Source: a virus (taxonomy: Duplodnaviria; Caudoviricetes). From it: a stretch of 37,785 bases of DNA. Numbering within the stretch: position 1 is the first letter of the stretch; each line of letters opens with the position of its first letter. The position numbers and the translations under genes are program-made. The notes under the pieces were generated by a model, which saw only the letters and a program-made list of their open reading frames with translations, searched no databases and was not told where the DNA came from. The stretch is from IMG/VR virus record IMGVR_UViG_3300027764_000013, positions 1-37,785 of that record. One strand, given 5' to 3'. Of the stretch, positions 24,849-35,152 are shown piece after piece.

Positions 24849-25106
24849 ATGTCCACTTTTGAACAGGAAGACCTATGGAGGTCAGCCAAGGCGCTGGCGT
24901 CTGACAAGGCCACAAGCACCGTCTTGGATCGTTTGGAAGAGCGATACATTGACGAGTGGAGACATTCAGACCCAGAAGACCTGGGTGGGAGAGATGCCGC
25001 GTACTTTATGGTGCGCGCCATAGCCGCGTTCCGGGGAGAACTGAACGCACTCGCGTCAGAGCCGGATATTACGCGATTTAACAACCGCTTGAAGCGGCCT
25101 AACTGA
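24849..25106 (+). CDS. Small head-associated protein
   Basis: 85 aa in the conserved position between portal and scaffold. Confidence 0.7.
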   Translation: MSTFEQEDLWRSAKALASDKATSTVLDRLEERYIDEWRHSDPEDLGGRDAAYFMVRAIAAFRGELNALASEPDITRFNNRLKRPN

Positions 25107-25119
25107 TGAGGTAACCTAT

Positions 25120-26133
25120 ATGTCTAATGCTGAGCAGTCGCAGCCTAGCGAAATCAGCCTTGCGGAAGCCGCTGACCGTATTTCTGCAATGGAAGGCCCA
25201 CCGGCCCAAACCAGACCAGAGCGAAGGCAGAGGGCTGATGCCGAAGTCAATCAGACAGAGGCGGCGCTTGATTATGCCGATGAGACGTCCGATCCAGAGA
25301 ACGAGGCAGCAGATGATTATTCATCTGAGTTCGATGGTGAGGATGAGGCAGACACGGGCGCGGACGACAATGGTGGCAAGAATAAACCTCTAGATCCGAA
25401 CCGACTCGTAACCGTCAAAATCGACGGAAAGACAGTTGAGGTTCCGCTGAAGGAGGCTTTGGAAGGCTATCAGAGGCAGTCCGACTATTCGCGCAACTTT
25501 AACGTGTTGAGACAGGAGAAACAGCAGCTAGAAACTGAGCGGAGCCAGATGCAACAGGCTCTCAGCGCGGCAATCCCGATCCTGCAATCGCAGATCGAAC
25601 AGGAACCGGACTGGGTGCGTATTCATCAGGAAGACCCGATCAATTATCCTCTCTATCGCGATCAATGGAACGACCGAAAAAACCAGCTTGCAATGATGCA
25701 GCAGGAACAGGTCAGGCTCCAGATGGTCGATCAAGAGCGGGAAATGGCTGCTAGACGGCAACTTGTAGAAGAGGGCCAGAAGTTTCTGGTTTCCACCTTC
25801 AAGGAGTGGTCTGATCCAGAGAAAATGCAGGCTTCGACCAAGAACCTTCGGGAATACGGCCAGAAAGTTGGCTTTACCACTGAAGAATTGGCGCAGGTGT
25901 ATGATCCTCGTTATGTCGTCATCCTTGAAAAGGCCAGACGATATGATGCGCTAAATGCTAACCGTCCCAAGCCTAAACAGGCAGAAGGACCAAGGCCAAT
26001 GCGGGCAGGCTCCACAACGTCTAATCCCCAACGCGGAAATGATATGTCGCGGATGCAACAGCGTCTCAAAGCATCTGGCAGCGTCAATGATGCCGCTGCT
26101 TTATTTGGTCTGATGGACTCTAGGAGAAAATAA
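25120..26133 (+). CDS. Capsid scaffolding protein
   Basis: Acidic N-terminus, VKIDGK..EV...EALEGYQRQSDY, coiled coil, SGSVNDAAALF. Confidence 0.85.
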   Translation: MSNAEQSQPSEISLAEAADRISAMEGPPAQTRPERRQRADAEVNQTEAALDYADETSDPENEAADDYSSEFDGEDEADTGADDNGGKNKPLDPNRLVTVKIDGKTVEVPLKEALEGYQRQSDYSRNFNVLRQEKQQLETERSQMQQALSAAIPILQSQIEQEPDWVRIHQEDPINYPLYRDQWNDRKNQLAMMQQEQVRLQMVDQEREMAARRQLVEEGQKFLVSTFKEWSDPEKMQASTKNLREYGQKVGFTTEELAQVYDPRYVVILEKARRYDALNANRPKPKQAEGPRPMRAGSTTSNPQRGNDMSRMQQRLKASGSVNDAAALFGLMDSRRK

Positions 26134-26134
26134 C

Positions 26135-27118
26135 ATGGCATCTCTCAGCAAAGTCACCACCTACGACGCGGCCAATGAAATCCGCGAAGACCTGTCTAAT
26201 ATCATCTACGACATCAGCCCCGTAGATACGCCTTTCATGTCCAACATTGGGCGTGATACCTGCAAGAACACCTACTTCGAGTGGCAGGTGGATGCGCTTG
26301 CTGCGGCAAGCACTGCCAACGCGGCTATCGAAGGCGCGGCTGCTGGTAACGCTGACTTCACGGATACCGTCCGTGTCGCCAACTACACGCAGATCAGCAC
26401 CAAGATCATCTCGGTCTCTGGCACCGATGATGCCGTGGACAACGCTGGTATGCGCACCCAGATGGCCTATCAGACCGCGAAGGCGTCCAAAGAGCTGAAG
26501 CGCGATATGGAAGCTATCCTCACCAGCAACCAGGCTGGCGTGGCTGGCAACTCCAGCAGCACGGCCCGCAAGACGGCTGGTCTGCCTACCTGGCTGATCA
26601 CCAACTCGCAGGCTAATGCGGCGACTGTCTCGGCCATGTCTGGCTCTGGCGGCAACGGTTATCCCGGCACCGCCTGGACCGGCCTTTCCACCTCAACTGA
26701 CGTGGCGTTTACCGAGACCATGCTCAAGACTGCTATCCAGCAGGTCTGGGAGCAGGGCGGCGATCCCAAGATGCTGATGGTGAATGCCTACAACAAGACT
26801 GTTGTCTCGGCGTTTGCTGGTCTTTCCTCTCAGCGTCAGATGAACACGGGCGTCGCGCCTCTCAAGATCATTGCGACGGCGGACATCTACCTCGGAGACT
26901 TCGGCGAAGTGTCGATTGTTCCGAACCGCTTCCAGCCTGCAAACTTTGCGTATGTTCTGGACCCTGAGTATATCAGCGTTGCTTACCTGCGTCCGTTCCA
27001 GACGTTCGACATTGCCAAGACCGGCGACTTCGACAAGAAGGAAATGGTGGTGGAATATGGTCTGCGCATGAAGTCTGAAAAGGCAAATGCGGTGATTGCT
27101 AACCTCATTCCTTCCTGA
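26135..27118 (+). CDS. Major capsid protein (DUF5309-type)
   Basis: REDLSNIIYDISPVDTPF, EWQVDAL, NYTQI, KELKRDME; strongly biased codons. Confidence 0.92.
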   Translation: MASLSKVTTYDAANEIREDLSNIIYDISPVDTPFMSNIGRDTCKNTYFEWQVDALAAASTANAAIEGAAAGNADFTDTVRVANYTQISTKIISVSGTDDAVDNAGMRTQMAYQTAKASKELKRDMEAILTSNQAGVAGNSSSTARKTAGLPTWLITNSQANAATVSAMSGSGGNGYPGTAWTGLSTSTDVAFTETMLKTAIQQVWEQGGDPKMLMVNAYNKTVVSAFAGLSSQRQMNTGVAPLKIIATADIYLGDFGEVSIVPNRFQPANFAYVLDPEYISVAYLRPFQTFDIAKTGDFDKKEMVVEYGLRMKSEKANAVIANLIPS

Positions 27119-27126
27119 CAATAAAT

Positions 27127-27150
27127 GGAGCCGGGTTAACCCCCGGCTCC
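27127..27150 (+). terminator. Hairpin after the capsid gene (attenuator or stabiliser)
   Basis: GGAGCCGGG-TTAACC-CCCGGCTCC. Confidence 0.6.
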
Positions 27151-27170
27151 TACCTCTTTGGGAGAGACTG

Positions 27171-27500
27171 ATGGCTGAGAACTTTGCGCCTGGATCATTT
27201 GATCTGGCCTATGATTCGCTCACTGGCACCCGCCAGCAGATGCACTTCACGACAGATAACAAGATCGTCCTGGAAACAACGGTTGAGATCGACCAGATCG
27301 CCGAGCAGAACAAGGCGATCAGGAATGAGATCAGCAGGATGGACAAGCTCCCTGATGGGATGGTCAAGGTCGCATCAATTCCGATGGTCCTCTATATGGA
27401 TCTGAAGCAACGTGGTATCCTTGGGGACAAGACCGCACTGCGGAAATGGTTGGCGACAGATGAGGCCGCCCCATATCGAACGCACTGGATGACGAGCTGA
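27171..27500 (+). CDS. Conserved small protein after the capsid gene
   Basis: KVASIPM...LRKWL motif; GGAGA RBS. Confidence 0.7.
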   Translation: MAENFAPGSFDLAYDSLTGTRQQMHFTTDNKIVLETTVEIDQIAEQNKAIRNEISRMDKLPDGMVKVASIPMVLYMDLKQRGILGDKTALRKWLATDEAAPYRTHWMTS

Positions 27501-28120
27501 TGGGCACAATCACAAACTATGCCACGTTGCAGTCAGCCATTGCTGACTATCTGAACCGTGCTGATCTGACGGCTCAGATCCAGACCTTCATTCAGTTTGC
27601 CGAGGCTGATCTGAACACCAGGCTGCGCAGCCGGGAGATGATCGTCAACGCAACGGCTACCAGCGACGGGCAGTTTGTGGCGCTTCCTCCTGATTGGCTA
27701 GAAGCCATCAACATGATGATCGTGGGCGGTCAAAGCCCCCTGCGCTACATCACGCCTGATGAGGCTGATACGATCATCAAGGCGCAGACCTACACCAGCA
27801 CCAGGTTCTACTCGATGACCACTGGCATCATTGAACTGGTCCCGCCTGCGGTAAACGACATCACCATAGATATGGTCTACTATGGGAAGATCCCTGCATT
27901 ATCGACAGCCAATACAACCAATTGGCTGCTGACCAAGGCTCCTGACGTTTACCTCTATGGCGCCCTAACCCATGCAGCGCCATTCCTGATGGACGATCAG
28001 AGAATGGGTGTCTTCAGTCAGATTTATCTGGCTCGCGTCCAATCCTTGCAGGATGAATCACAGAAAGCACTGCACAGCGGGTCGCCACTTATCTCTCGGC
28101 CACGCGGCGTCTACGGTTAA
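27500..28120 (+). CDS. Head-tail adaptor (tail tubular protein A-like)
   Basis: ITNYATLQSAIADYLNRADL...FIQFAEA...TNWLL...PDVYLYGAL. Confidence 0.85.
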   Translation: MGTITNYATLQSAIADYLNRADLTAQIQTFIQFAEADLNTRLRSREMIVNATATSDGQFVALPPDWLEAINMMIVGGQSPLRYITPDEADTIIKAQTYTSTRFYSMTTGIIELVPPAVNDITIDMVYYGKIPALSTANTTNWLLTKAPDVYLYGALTHAAPFLMDDQRMGVFSQIYLARVQSLQDESQKALHSGSPLISRPRGVYG

Positions 28121-28129
28121 GGAGCTATC

Positions 28130-28558
28130 ATGTCCAAATCAAATGCCTTCGAAAACTCTCTGCTGAAGCTGATCTTCAACGCGACAGCCATTGCCAATCT
28201 GGCTGACAATGCGGCCACGTCCCCGCTGACAAATCTCTATGTGTCGCTGCATACGGCAGACCCTGGCGAAGCTGGCGATCAGTCCACCAGCGAAGCCACT
28301 TACACGGGCTATGCTCGCGTGGCGGTTCTTCGCACATCTGGCGGCTGGACAGTGACCAACAACAGCGTCTCGCCTGTTGCCAACATTGACTTTGCCAACT
28401 GCACGGCTGGAACCAACACAATCACCTATTTTGGTGTTGGCACGGCTGCAAGTGGCGCTGGCGTCCTCTACTACAGCGGTACTGTCAGCCCTAGCATCTC
28501 TGTCAGTTCTGGCGTGACGCCTCGCTTGACGACTGCCTCAACGATCACTGAGGACTAA
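28130..28558 (+). CDS. Virion structural / tail-associated protein
   Basis: SNAFEN...LYVSLHTADPGE...YARVAV motif. Confidence 0.75.
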   Translation: MSKSNAFENSLLKLIFNATAIANLADNAATSPLTNLYVSLHTADPGEAGDQSTSEATYTGYARVAVLRTSGGWTVTNNSVSPVANIDFANCTAGTNTITYFGVGTAASGAGVLYYSGTVSPSISVSSGVTPRLTTASTITED

Positions 28559-28563
28559 AGCCA

Positions 28564-29229
28564 ATGGCATTCGTAACCGCAGATCGTGTTCGAGACACAT
28601 CGACCACGGCTGGATCTGGCTCGTTCGCGGTATCGGGAACAGCGCCAACTGGCTATCGAACATTTTCTGCGGTTCTGTCTGTCAGCGATACCTTTTATTA
28701 CTCGATCCAGCATCAAACGCTGAACGAATGGGAAGTAGGACTTGGAACATATACGTCTGCAAACACGTTTTCCCGGACAACCATTTATTCATCCTCAAAT
28801 GCAGGTTCTGCTGTCACCTTCTCGGCAGGCACCAAAGATGTTTTCATTACGATGGCGGCGGCGCGTTCACCCCAGCTAGATGCGTCTGGAAATGTAACTG
28901 CTCTTGGACTGGTTCCAATTCGTGTCCTCGCCAGCACGGCCAACAGCGCAACGCCTACGCTGAACACCGACAGCTATGACATGCTCGTCATCACCAACCA
29001 GAGTGCGGCCATCACCTCGTTCACGACCAACTTGACGGGAACGCCGGTCAATGGTCAGAAGCTCTGGATTTCGATCACTGGCACGGGTGCGATTGGTATC
29101 ACTTGGGGCGCATCGTTCTCAGCATCGACCGTGGCGCTTCCGACGACGACCGTGACAACAAATCGCCTTGATGTTGGGTTTGTCTGGAACGTGGCCACGA
29201 CAACATGGCGCTGCGTGGCATCAGCCTAA
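28564..29229 (+). CDS. Tail fibre base / anchor protein
   Basis: ADRVRDTSTT.G.G...WEVGLGT...FSAGTKDVF N-terminal domain plus a small C-terminal domain. Confidence 0.75.
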   Translation: MAFVTADRVRDTSTTAGSGSFAVSGTAPTGYRTFSAVLSVSDTFYYSIQHQTLNEWEVGLGTYTSANTFSRTTIYSSSNAGSAVTFSAGTKDVFITMAAARSPQLDASGNVTALGLVPIRVLASTANSATPTLNTDSYDMLVITNQSAAITSFTTNLTGTPVNGQKLWISITGTGAIGITWGASFSASTVALPTTTVTTNRLDVGFVWNVATTTWRCVASA

Positions 29230-29241
29230 GAGGGGAACAAA

Positions 29242-29460
29242 ATGGCTATCAAGATGCTTGAAGACGGGCGCATTGCCGACGAGTTTGAGATTGGCGAAGA
29301 GCCATACATCCTCAAGGACGCGCTGGTGATGCGCGTGAGCGATTACGACTCGTTCACGCCGGAGCAGATCATAGCTATGAAGCAGGCCCGCTATGACAAC
29401 TGGATCGCCATCGTGACTGCATTACCTATTGAAGATGCACCCATTGACCCTGCGGTGTAA
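29242..29460 (+). CDS. Small acidic protein between fibre genes (possible chaperone)
   Basis: GAGGGG RBS; KDAL...IIAMKQARYDNW. Confidence 0.65.
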   Translation: MAIKMLEDGRIADEFEIGEEPYILKDALVMRVSDYDSFTPEQIIAMKQARYDNWIAIVTALPIEDAPIDPAV

Positions 29461-29462
29461 TC

Positions 29463-32084
29463 ATGGCGAACCGCTATTGGATAACTTCCGGCACAAACTG
29501 GAGCAGCACGTCCAGTTGGTCAACTTCGTCTGGTGGCACGGGCGGCGCGTCGGTGCCGGGGACATCTGATGTAGCCATTTTTAATAGCGCCAGCGGCAGC
29601 AACCCGTGCAACATAGACATTAACCCCAGCATCTTCGCGCTAACTTTGACCGGGAGTAGTGTGCGGTTGGATTTTGGCACAAATTCAATTTCAGTGGGCG
29701 GCACCGGAACGGTTTATACGGCCAACAATACTTTTACAGTTACGGGAACCCCGGTCATCAACGTGACAAGCGCGGGGTCTACAGCCATAACCGTGACCGC
29801 TGGCGCACCTGTTGAAGCACAAACCATATCGTTTAATTTTACGGGCGGAACTTATCCGCTGACATTCTTAAACAATGCAGGCACTGCGGTTAAAAATGTC
29901 GATTTCACAGGGTTTGCTGGGACATGGAACGCGACTGGCGCGGGCAACATTTATGGAAACTTGACGCTTTCAACAGGTATGACCCTGACTGCGTCTGTAA
30001 CCACTATGAATTTTGCAGGCACCTCTGGCACCAAGACCATCACAACCAACGGGAAAACGATGGACTTCCCCATCATTTTCAGTGGTGTCGGCGCGGCGTG
30101 GCAGCTTCAAGATGCGTTTACTATGGGTGCTACACGCACACTGACGCTCAATAATGGGGTTCTTAATATTAATGGAAAGACAATTACAACAGGCTTGTTT
30201 GCGTCAAACTCCGGCACTGCCCGCACTCTTGCCTTTGGTATCGGCAACATCACTTGCGTTGGAAATGGCGGAACACTTTGGACAACCGCCACATCCGGCG
30301 CATTGACGGTCACGGGAACGCCTGTCGTCAATATCTCAAACTCTGGCGCGGTAGCCACGACAGTTTTGACGGGAACACTTGCAGAAGCAAGTGCCATATC
30401 TTTTAATTTCACAACCGGAACATACACGCTCACATTTACCACCGCAAATCAAACTGCAAAAAATGTTAATTTTACTGGTTTTGCAGGAACGCTGGCGGCA
30501 ATAGCGAGTCCTATAATTTATGGAAATTTGACTATCTCAACCGGCATGACGTTGACTGCATCTGCGAGCGCGATGCGATTTGGCGCGACATCCGGCACCC
30601 AGCTAATAACCACCAACGGGAAAACCGTTGATTTCCCATTAACTTTTAATGGCGTTGGCGGAACATTTAAGCTTTTAGACGCCCTCACTATGGGTGCAAC
30701 CCGTGTGTTAACAATTACCAACGGCACGTTTGATGGAGACAACAAGACCATCAGCGGCGCTTCGTCCATTAGTTTGGGCGGCACCGTGGTCAAAAACGTA
30801 CTGACCGCAGTGCCAACAGTAACCAACTCGCTCACAGCCCTCACCATGGGCGGCCCTAATACTTTCGGAACTTTTGGTGTCTTTGATGCCATCAGCGGCC
30901 TTTCATACATTGATATTTCGTCGTATCAATTAACTTGTACAAGCTTTTCGTCCACAGGAAGCTCTGCAAAAACACTATACTTTAGTGGTGGCAACATCAC
31001 TTGCAACGGCGCAGGCGGAACGCTTTTTAACGCAAATGCAGCCATGGTGACAACGGGGACACCAATAGTCAACATTGTTTATTCTGGGGCAACCGCCGTG
31101 ACGGTGACACCCGGCGTTTATCCAGAGGCTCAAGCCTTCTCATTCAATTTCACCGCCGGAACATACACCCTGACGTTTTTGGCACCGACAGCCAACCTTT
31201 CGGCCAAAAACATCGACTTTACCGGGTTTGCTGGCACTTGGGCTGGAACGGCAACTGGCATTATTTATGGGAACCTGACGCTCTCCACAGGCATGACGGT
31301 CGCTCTTAGCACACAGGCTTTGACTTTTGGGGCGACATCCGGCGTCCAACTCATCACATCAAACGGAAAAACGCAGGACAAGCCGCTAACCGTCAATGGC
31401 GTTGGCGGCACAATCCGCCTCGCAGACGCGCTGTTGATGGGGACCGCTCGCGCCTTCACGCACACCAACGGGACGCTCGATCTCAACGGAATGACGTTGA
31501 CCGTTGGGACGACTTACGCAACCGCCGCAGGCACAAAAGACCTCACATTCAACGGCGGCACACTAGTCTGCCCAGCGGTGACGACGACCGCTTTCAACAA
31601 CGCCGCGCCCACCGGCTTCACCACCACCGCAGGAACCGGCACCGGCAAGATCAGCATGACCGGCGCGACGGCCAAGACATTCGTTGGCGGCGGGGCTACA
31701 TACAACTGCACCTTGTCCAATAACGGCGCGGGCGCGTTGACCATCTCGGGCAGCAACACATTCACCGCCATCGCTAACAGCGTCCAGCCCACGGCCTTCA
31801 CATTCACGGCTGGTACAACGCAGACCGTCACCGACTGGAATGTGAGCGGCACGGCGGGCAACCTCGTCACAATCATCAGCAGCACCGCTGGCGTCCCGGC
31901 GCTCTTGTCCAAGGCGTCTGGTGTCGCCAGTTCCAACTATCTCAGCCTCAAGGACAGCACGGCCACTGGCGGGGCTGCGTGGTACGCTGGCACAACGTCC
32001 ACCAACGTCAGCGGCAACTTGGGTTGGATATTTACCGCTCCCCCGGCTACAAGTTCAAACGGCAACTTCTTCTTCATGTTCTGA
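29463..32084 (+). CDS. Large Thr/Gly-rich beta-helical adhesin / tail spike with three internal repeats
   Basis: MANRYW..G.NWS...WS start; three TGTP..N...SFNFT.GTY...KN..FTGFAGT...IYGNLT.STGMT units. Confidence 0.75.
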   Translation: MANRYWITSGTNWSSTSSWSTSSGGTGGASVPGTSDVAIFNSASGSNPCNIDINPSIFALTLTGSSVRLDFGTNSISVGGTGTVYTANNTFTVTGTPVINVTSAGSTAITVTAGAPVEAQTISFNFTGGTYPLTFLNNAGTAVKNVDFTGFAGTWNATGAGNIYGNLTLSTGMTLTASVTTMNFAGTSGTKTITTNGKTMDFPIIFSGVGAAWQLQDAFTMGATRTLTLNNGVLNINGKTITTGLFASNSGTARTLAFGIGNITCVGNGGTLWTTATSGALTVTGTPVVNISNSGAVATTVLTGTLAEASAISFNFTTGTYTLTFTTANQTAKNVNFTGFAGTLAAIASPIIYGNLTISTGMTLTASASAMRFGATSGTQLITTNGKTVDFPLTFNGVGGTFKLLDALTMGATRVLTITNGTFDGDNKTISGASSISLGGTVVKNVLTAVPTVTNSLTALTMGGPNTFGTFGVFDAISGLSYIDISSYQLTCTSFSSTGSSAKTLYFSGGNITCNGAGGTLFNANAAMVTTGTPIVNIVYSGATAVTVTPGVYPEAQAFSFNFTAGTYTLTFLAPTANLSAKNIDFTGFAGTWAGTATGIIYGNLTLSTGMTVALSTQALTFGATSGVQLITSNGKTQDKPLTVNGVGGTIRLADALLMGTARAFTHTNGTLDLNGMTLTVGTTYATAAGTKDLTFNGGTLVCPAVTTTAFNNAAPTGFTTTAGTGTGKISMTGATAKTFVGGGATYNCTLSNNGAGALTISGSNTFTAIANSVQPTAFTFTAGTTQTVTDWNVSGTAGNLVTIISSTAGVPALLSKASGVASSNYLSLKDSTATGGAAWYAGTTSTNVSGNLGWIFTAPPATSSNGNFFFMF

Positions 32085-32086
32085 GG

Positions 32087-32332
32087 ATGGCAATGGAAAT
32101 GGACACGCAGTCAATCTTCAACTTGGCAGGGGGTGCTTGCGTCGCGGCCGGCGGCTGGTTTGCCCGCGAGATATGGGGCGCGGTGAAAGAGCTGCGCAAA
32201 GACCTCCACGCAATTGAGACGGACCTGCCCAAAACCTATGTCAGCAAGTTCGACATGGACAAGCGCATGGACCACATTGAGGCGATGTTCCAGCGCATTT
32301 CTGACAAGCTGGATGGAAAGGCCGACAAATGA
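32087..32332 (+). CDS. Single-TM coiled-coil lysis-module protein (holin/antiholin-like)
   Basis: N-terminal hydrophobic helix, LPKTYVSK...KLDGKADK; first gene of the lysis block; start may be 32087, 32093 or 32099. Confidence 0.6.
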   Translation: MAMEMDTQSIFNLAGGACVAAGGWFAREIWGAVKELRKDLHAIETDLPKTYVSKFDMDKRMDHIEAMFQRISDKLDGKADK

Positions 32333-32718
32333 GCTTTGGAATCGACGACGCCATTGCGGCGGGCATGAAAGTTCTCGACAAGTTCATTCCAGACCCCGAA
32401 GCTAAAGCCAAGGCCGAGACCGCCTTGCGCGACAGTCTTCTGTCTTGGGACAAGGCCCAGAGCGACGTGAACGCCGTCGAGGCGGCCAATGCCAGCGTGT
32501 TCGTGTCGGGCTGGCGTCCCTTCATCGGATGGACATGCGGCCTAGCTCTAGCTTACCAGTTTGTGCTTTCCCCGATCTTTGTCTGGGTCGGCCTCTGCGC
32601 CGGGTTTCACCCCCCGGTCCCGCCCAAGCTTGACGACACCCTCTGGCAGCTTGTCTTCGCCATGCTCGGCATGGGCGGTTTGCGGACACTGGAAAAACTC
32701 AAAGGCGTCGCCCGGTGA
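32329..32718 (+). CDS. Holin (3TM, GTA-type family)
   Basis: FVSGWRPFIGW...MLGMGGLRTLEKLKGV. Confidence 0.8.
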   Translation: MSFGIDDAIAAGMKVLDKFIPDPEAKAKAETALRDSLLSWDKAQSDVNAVEAANASVFVSGWRPFIGWTCGLALAYQFVLSPIFVWVGLCAGFHPPVPPKLDDTLWQLVFAMLGMGGLRTLEKLKGVAR

Positions 32719-33233
32719 AGGAAAACTTCGACAAGTGCTTCGCCCTTATAATTCAAGACGAGGGCGGCTACGTTAACGATCCGCGTGATCCTGGCGGGCG
32801 CACCAACCTTGGCGTAACGCAGCGCAATTGGGAAACCTACCTCAACCGCAGCGTGACCGAAACGGAAATGCGGAAACTGACGCCAAGCGATGTGAAGACC
32901 TTCTACAAGGTCATGTATTGGGACAAGCTGAAAGGCAATCAGCTCCCTGCCGGTGTGGACTACGCGGCGTTCGACCTGGCGGTCAACAGCGGCGTCAGCC
33001 GCGCCGCCCGCTATTTGCAACAGATTGCTGGAGTGACGCAAGACGGCATGATCGGCCCCAAATCATTGGACGCTATTGCGGCTTGCGACCCGGCGCAGAC
33101 CGTAGACGCGCTCTGCGACATGCGGATGGATTTCCTGAGACGCCTGCCAACATTTGAGACCTATGGTAAAGGCTGGAGCCGCAGGGTGGCGGAGGTTAGC
33201 GTCAAGTCTGGGGAAATGGTACAATCTGGCTGA
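32715..33233 (+). CDS. Endolysin, glycoside hydrolase family 108 with a C-terminal peptidoglycan-binding domain
   Basis: EGGYVNDPRDPGGRTNLGVT, FDLAVNSG, DGMIGPKS, YGKGWSRR. Confidence 0.92.
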   Translation: MKENFDKCFALIIQDEGGYVNDPRDPGGRTNLGVTQRNWETYLNRSVTETEMRKLTPSDVKTFYKVMYWDKLKGNQLPAGVDYAAFDLAVNSGVSRAARYLQQIAGVTQDGMIGPKSLDAIAACDPAQTVDALCDMRMDFLRRLPTFETYGKGWSRRVAEVSVKSGEMVQSG

Positions 33234-33251
33234 ACAGATCAGGTGATCTAA

Positions 33252-34280
33252 ATGGCTGACTTTGGCATTGCAGCGCAACCAATTGCCGCCTTTCCCATCT
33301 CGGGATCGGCGCAGCAGGCGGCTGTTGAGGCGGTTGGAACAGCCACCGGGACATCTACCGCAGCGGCAGTCAGCGAAGTCATAGCGTCTGGTGTTGGGTC
33401 TGCGGCTGGGACATCAACGGCATCTGCAACCAGTGAAATCATCGCGTCATCCATTGGGTCTGCGGCTGGAACATCGACAGTTCAGGCGGTTAGCACCCAG
33501 ATCTTCGAAGCAGTTGGGTCTGCGGCTGGAACCTCAACGGCGGATGCCGCCGGGACCTCTGTTGCGGCATCTGTAGGGTCTGCGGCTGGAACATCAACTG
33601 TCCAGTCGGTTGCAGCCCCGATTGCTGCATCTGTTGGATTGGCGGCAGGGACATCGACTGTTCAGGCGGTTGCGGCTCCGATTGCTGCGGCGGTTGGATC
33701 TGCGGCAGGAACATCGACGGCCCAGGCTGTTGATATTGCAATCGCATCGGCGGCTGGTTCAGCCATTGGAACATCGACCGTTCAGGCGGTTGGCGCTCTT
33801 ATCTTCCAGGCAGTTGGATCTGCGGCGGGAACCTCAACGGCAGCGGCAAACAGCAACACAATCATCGTGGCTGTTGGGTCTGCCGCAGGAACATCGACGG
33901 CATCGGCAGTCGGAGACGGGATCAACTTTGTCACTGGCGTTGGCTCGGCAGCAGGCACCAGCACGGCATCCGGCGTCCTTGCAGCCACCGCCATCATGGT
34001 TGGATCGGCAGAAGGAACTAGCACGGCGGAAGGCGTTCTGCGGGCAACTGCGGCAGCGGCTGGATCAGCGGCTGGAACTTGTGTAGTATCGGCGGAAGGA
34101 AAAGACATTGGCTGGCATCCTCTGCCTGTGCCGGTCAGCGATTGGGATGATATAACCCCGCCGACCGATATTTGGGGAGCCGTTACGCCACCTGTCAGCA
34201 GTTGGAATGATATAGAGCCGCCTGCCAATAGTTGGGATGATATACCTAAACCGAACAACACATGGCAGAGGGCTGCGTAG
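33252..34280 (+). CDS. Ala/Ser/Thr-rich repeat virion fibre protein
   Basis: 13 units of 20 aa (VGSAAGTST...); Trp every 10 aa in the C-terminus. Confidence 0.75.
   Translation: MADFGIAAQPIAAFPISGSAQQAAVEAVGTATGTSTAAAVSEVIASGVGSAAGTSTASATSEIIASSIGSAAGTSTVQAVSTQIFEAVGSAAGTSTADAAGTSVAASVGSAAGTSTVQSVAAPIAASVGLAAGTSTVQAVAAPIAAAVGSAAGTSTAQAVDIAIASAAGSAIGTSTVQAVGALIFQAVGSAAGTSTAAANSNTIIVAVGSAAGTSTASAVGDGINFVTGVGSAAGTSTASGVLAATAIMVGSAEGTSTAEGVLRATAAAAGSAAGTCVVSAEGKDIGWHPLPVPVSDWDDITPPTDIWGAVTPPVSSWNDIEPPANSWDDIPKPNNTWQRAA
33333..34085 (+). repeat. 60-bp coding tandem repeat, about 13 units
   Basis: GTTGG(G/A)TCTGCGGC(T/A)GGAAC(A/C)TC core at 33333, 33393 ... 33873, 33939, 33999, 34059. Confidence 0.85.
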
Positions 34281-34290
34281 GAGCTAACCG

Positions 34291-35124
34291 ATGGCTGATT
34301 CATATACCGCCAATCTGAACATGACGAAGCCGGAGGTTGGCGCGTCTCGCGATACCTGGGGAACCAAACTTAACACGGATCTTGATACACTGGATGCGTT
34401 GTTCAACGCGGGTGGCACTGGAACATCCGTTGGGTTGAATGTTGGTTCTGGCAAGACGCTGAGTGTTGGCGGGACGTTGGATGTTAGTGGAACAGTCTCT
34501 GGCGCTGGGTTTGCCAGCTATGTGACGCTGACAGGAGCGCAGACGCTCACCAATAAGACACTGACAAGCCCAACGATGACAACGCCTGCACTTGGGACAC
34601 CGGCTTCCGGCGTGATGACAAATGTCACTGGGCTATCTCTTACAACAGGCGTGGCAGGGACGTTGCCGGTTGCCAATGGTGGAACTGGGATAACAACTCT
34701 TGGAACAGGCGTTGCAACTTCATGGGGGCAAAACGTCACTGGATCTGGTGGCGCTGTTCTAAACTCGGCTCCAACTGTCACCAATCCAACGCTTACTGGT
34801 TATGTTGAGAGCGTGGTAGCAATTGGCACGGTGACTACGGCGAACACAATCAGCCTTACAAGCGGCACCGTCCAGACCGCAACCCTGACTGCCTCCACGG
34901 CCTGCACATTCACGATGCCCACGGCTACTGCTGGCAAGTCCTTCATCCTGCTCTTGAAGCAGGCGGCGGCCACCGGCAACGGAACGGCGACCTTTACCAG
35001 CGTGAAGTGGAACAGCGCGGGCGCACCCACGATCACGGCCACTGCTGGCAAGATGGATATTTTGACCTTCGTCGCTGACGGAACGAACTGGTACGGCTCC
35101 TATTCGCAGGGATACACCCCGTAA
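34291..35124 (+). CDS. Tail fibre protein (N-terminal virion anchor)
   Basis: [62 protein letters not shown]. Confidence 0.85.
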   Translation: MADSYTANLNMTKPEVGASRDTWGTKLNTDLDTLDALFNAGGTGTSVGLNVGSGKTLSVGGTLDVSGTVSGAGFASYVTLTGAQTLTNKTLTSPTMTTPALGTPASGVMTNVTGLSLTTGVAGTLPVANGGTGITTLGTGVATSWGQNVTGSGGAVLNSAPTVTNPTLTGYVESVVAIGTVTTANTISLTSGTVQTATLTASTACTFTMPTATAGKSFILLLKQAAATGNGTATFTSVKWNSAGAPTITATAGKMDILTFVADGTNWYGSYSQGYTP

Positions 35125-35152
35125 TGTTTGCTGCGAAGAACTTCTTCCTTGC
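35048..35152 (+). repeat. Exact repeat of 1-105
   Basis: Direct comparison. Confidence 0.95.

Noticed and set aside
32087-32101. Lambda S-type dual-start holin (M-A-M-E-M)
   Set aside because: No basic residue between the starts and no supporting RNA structure; the start simply cannot be resolved.
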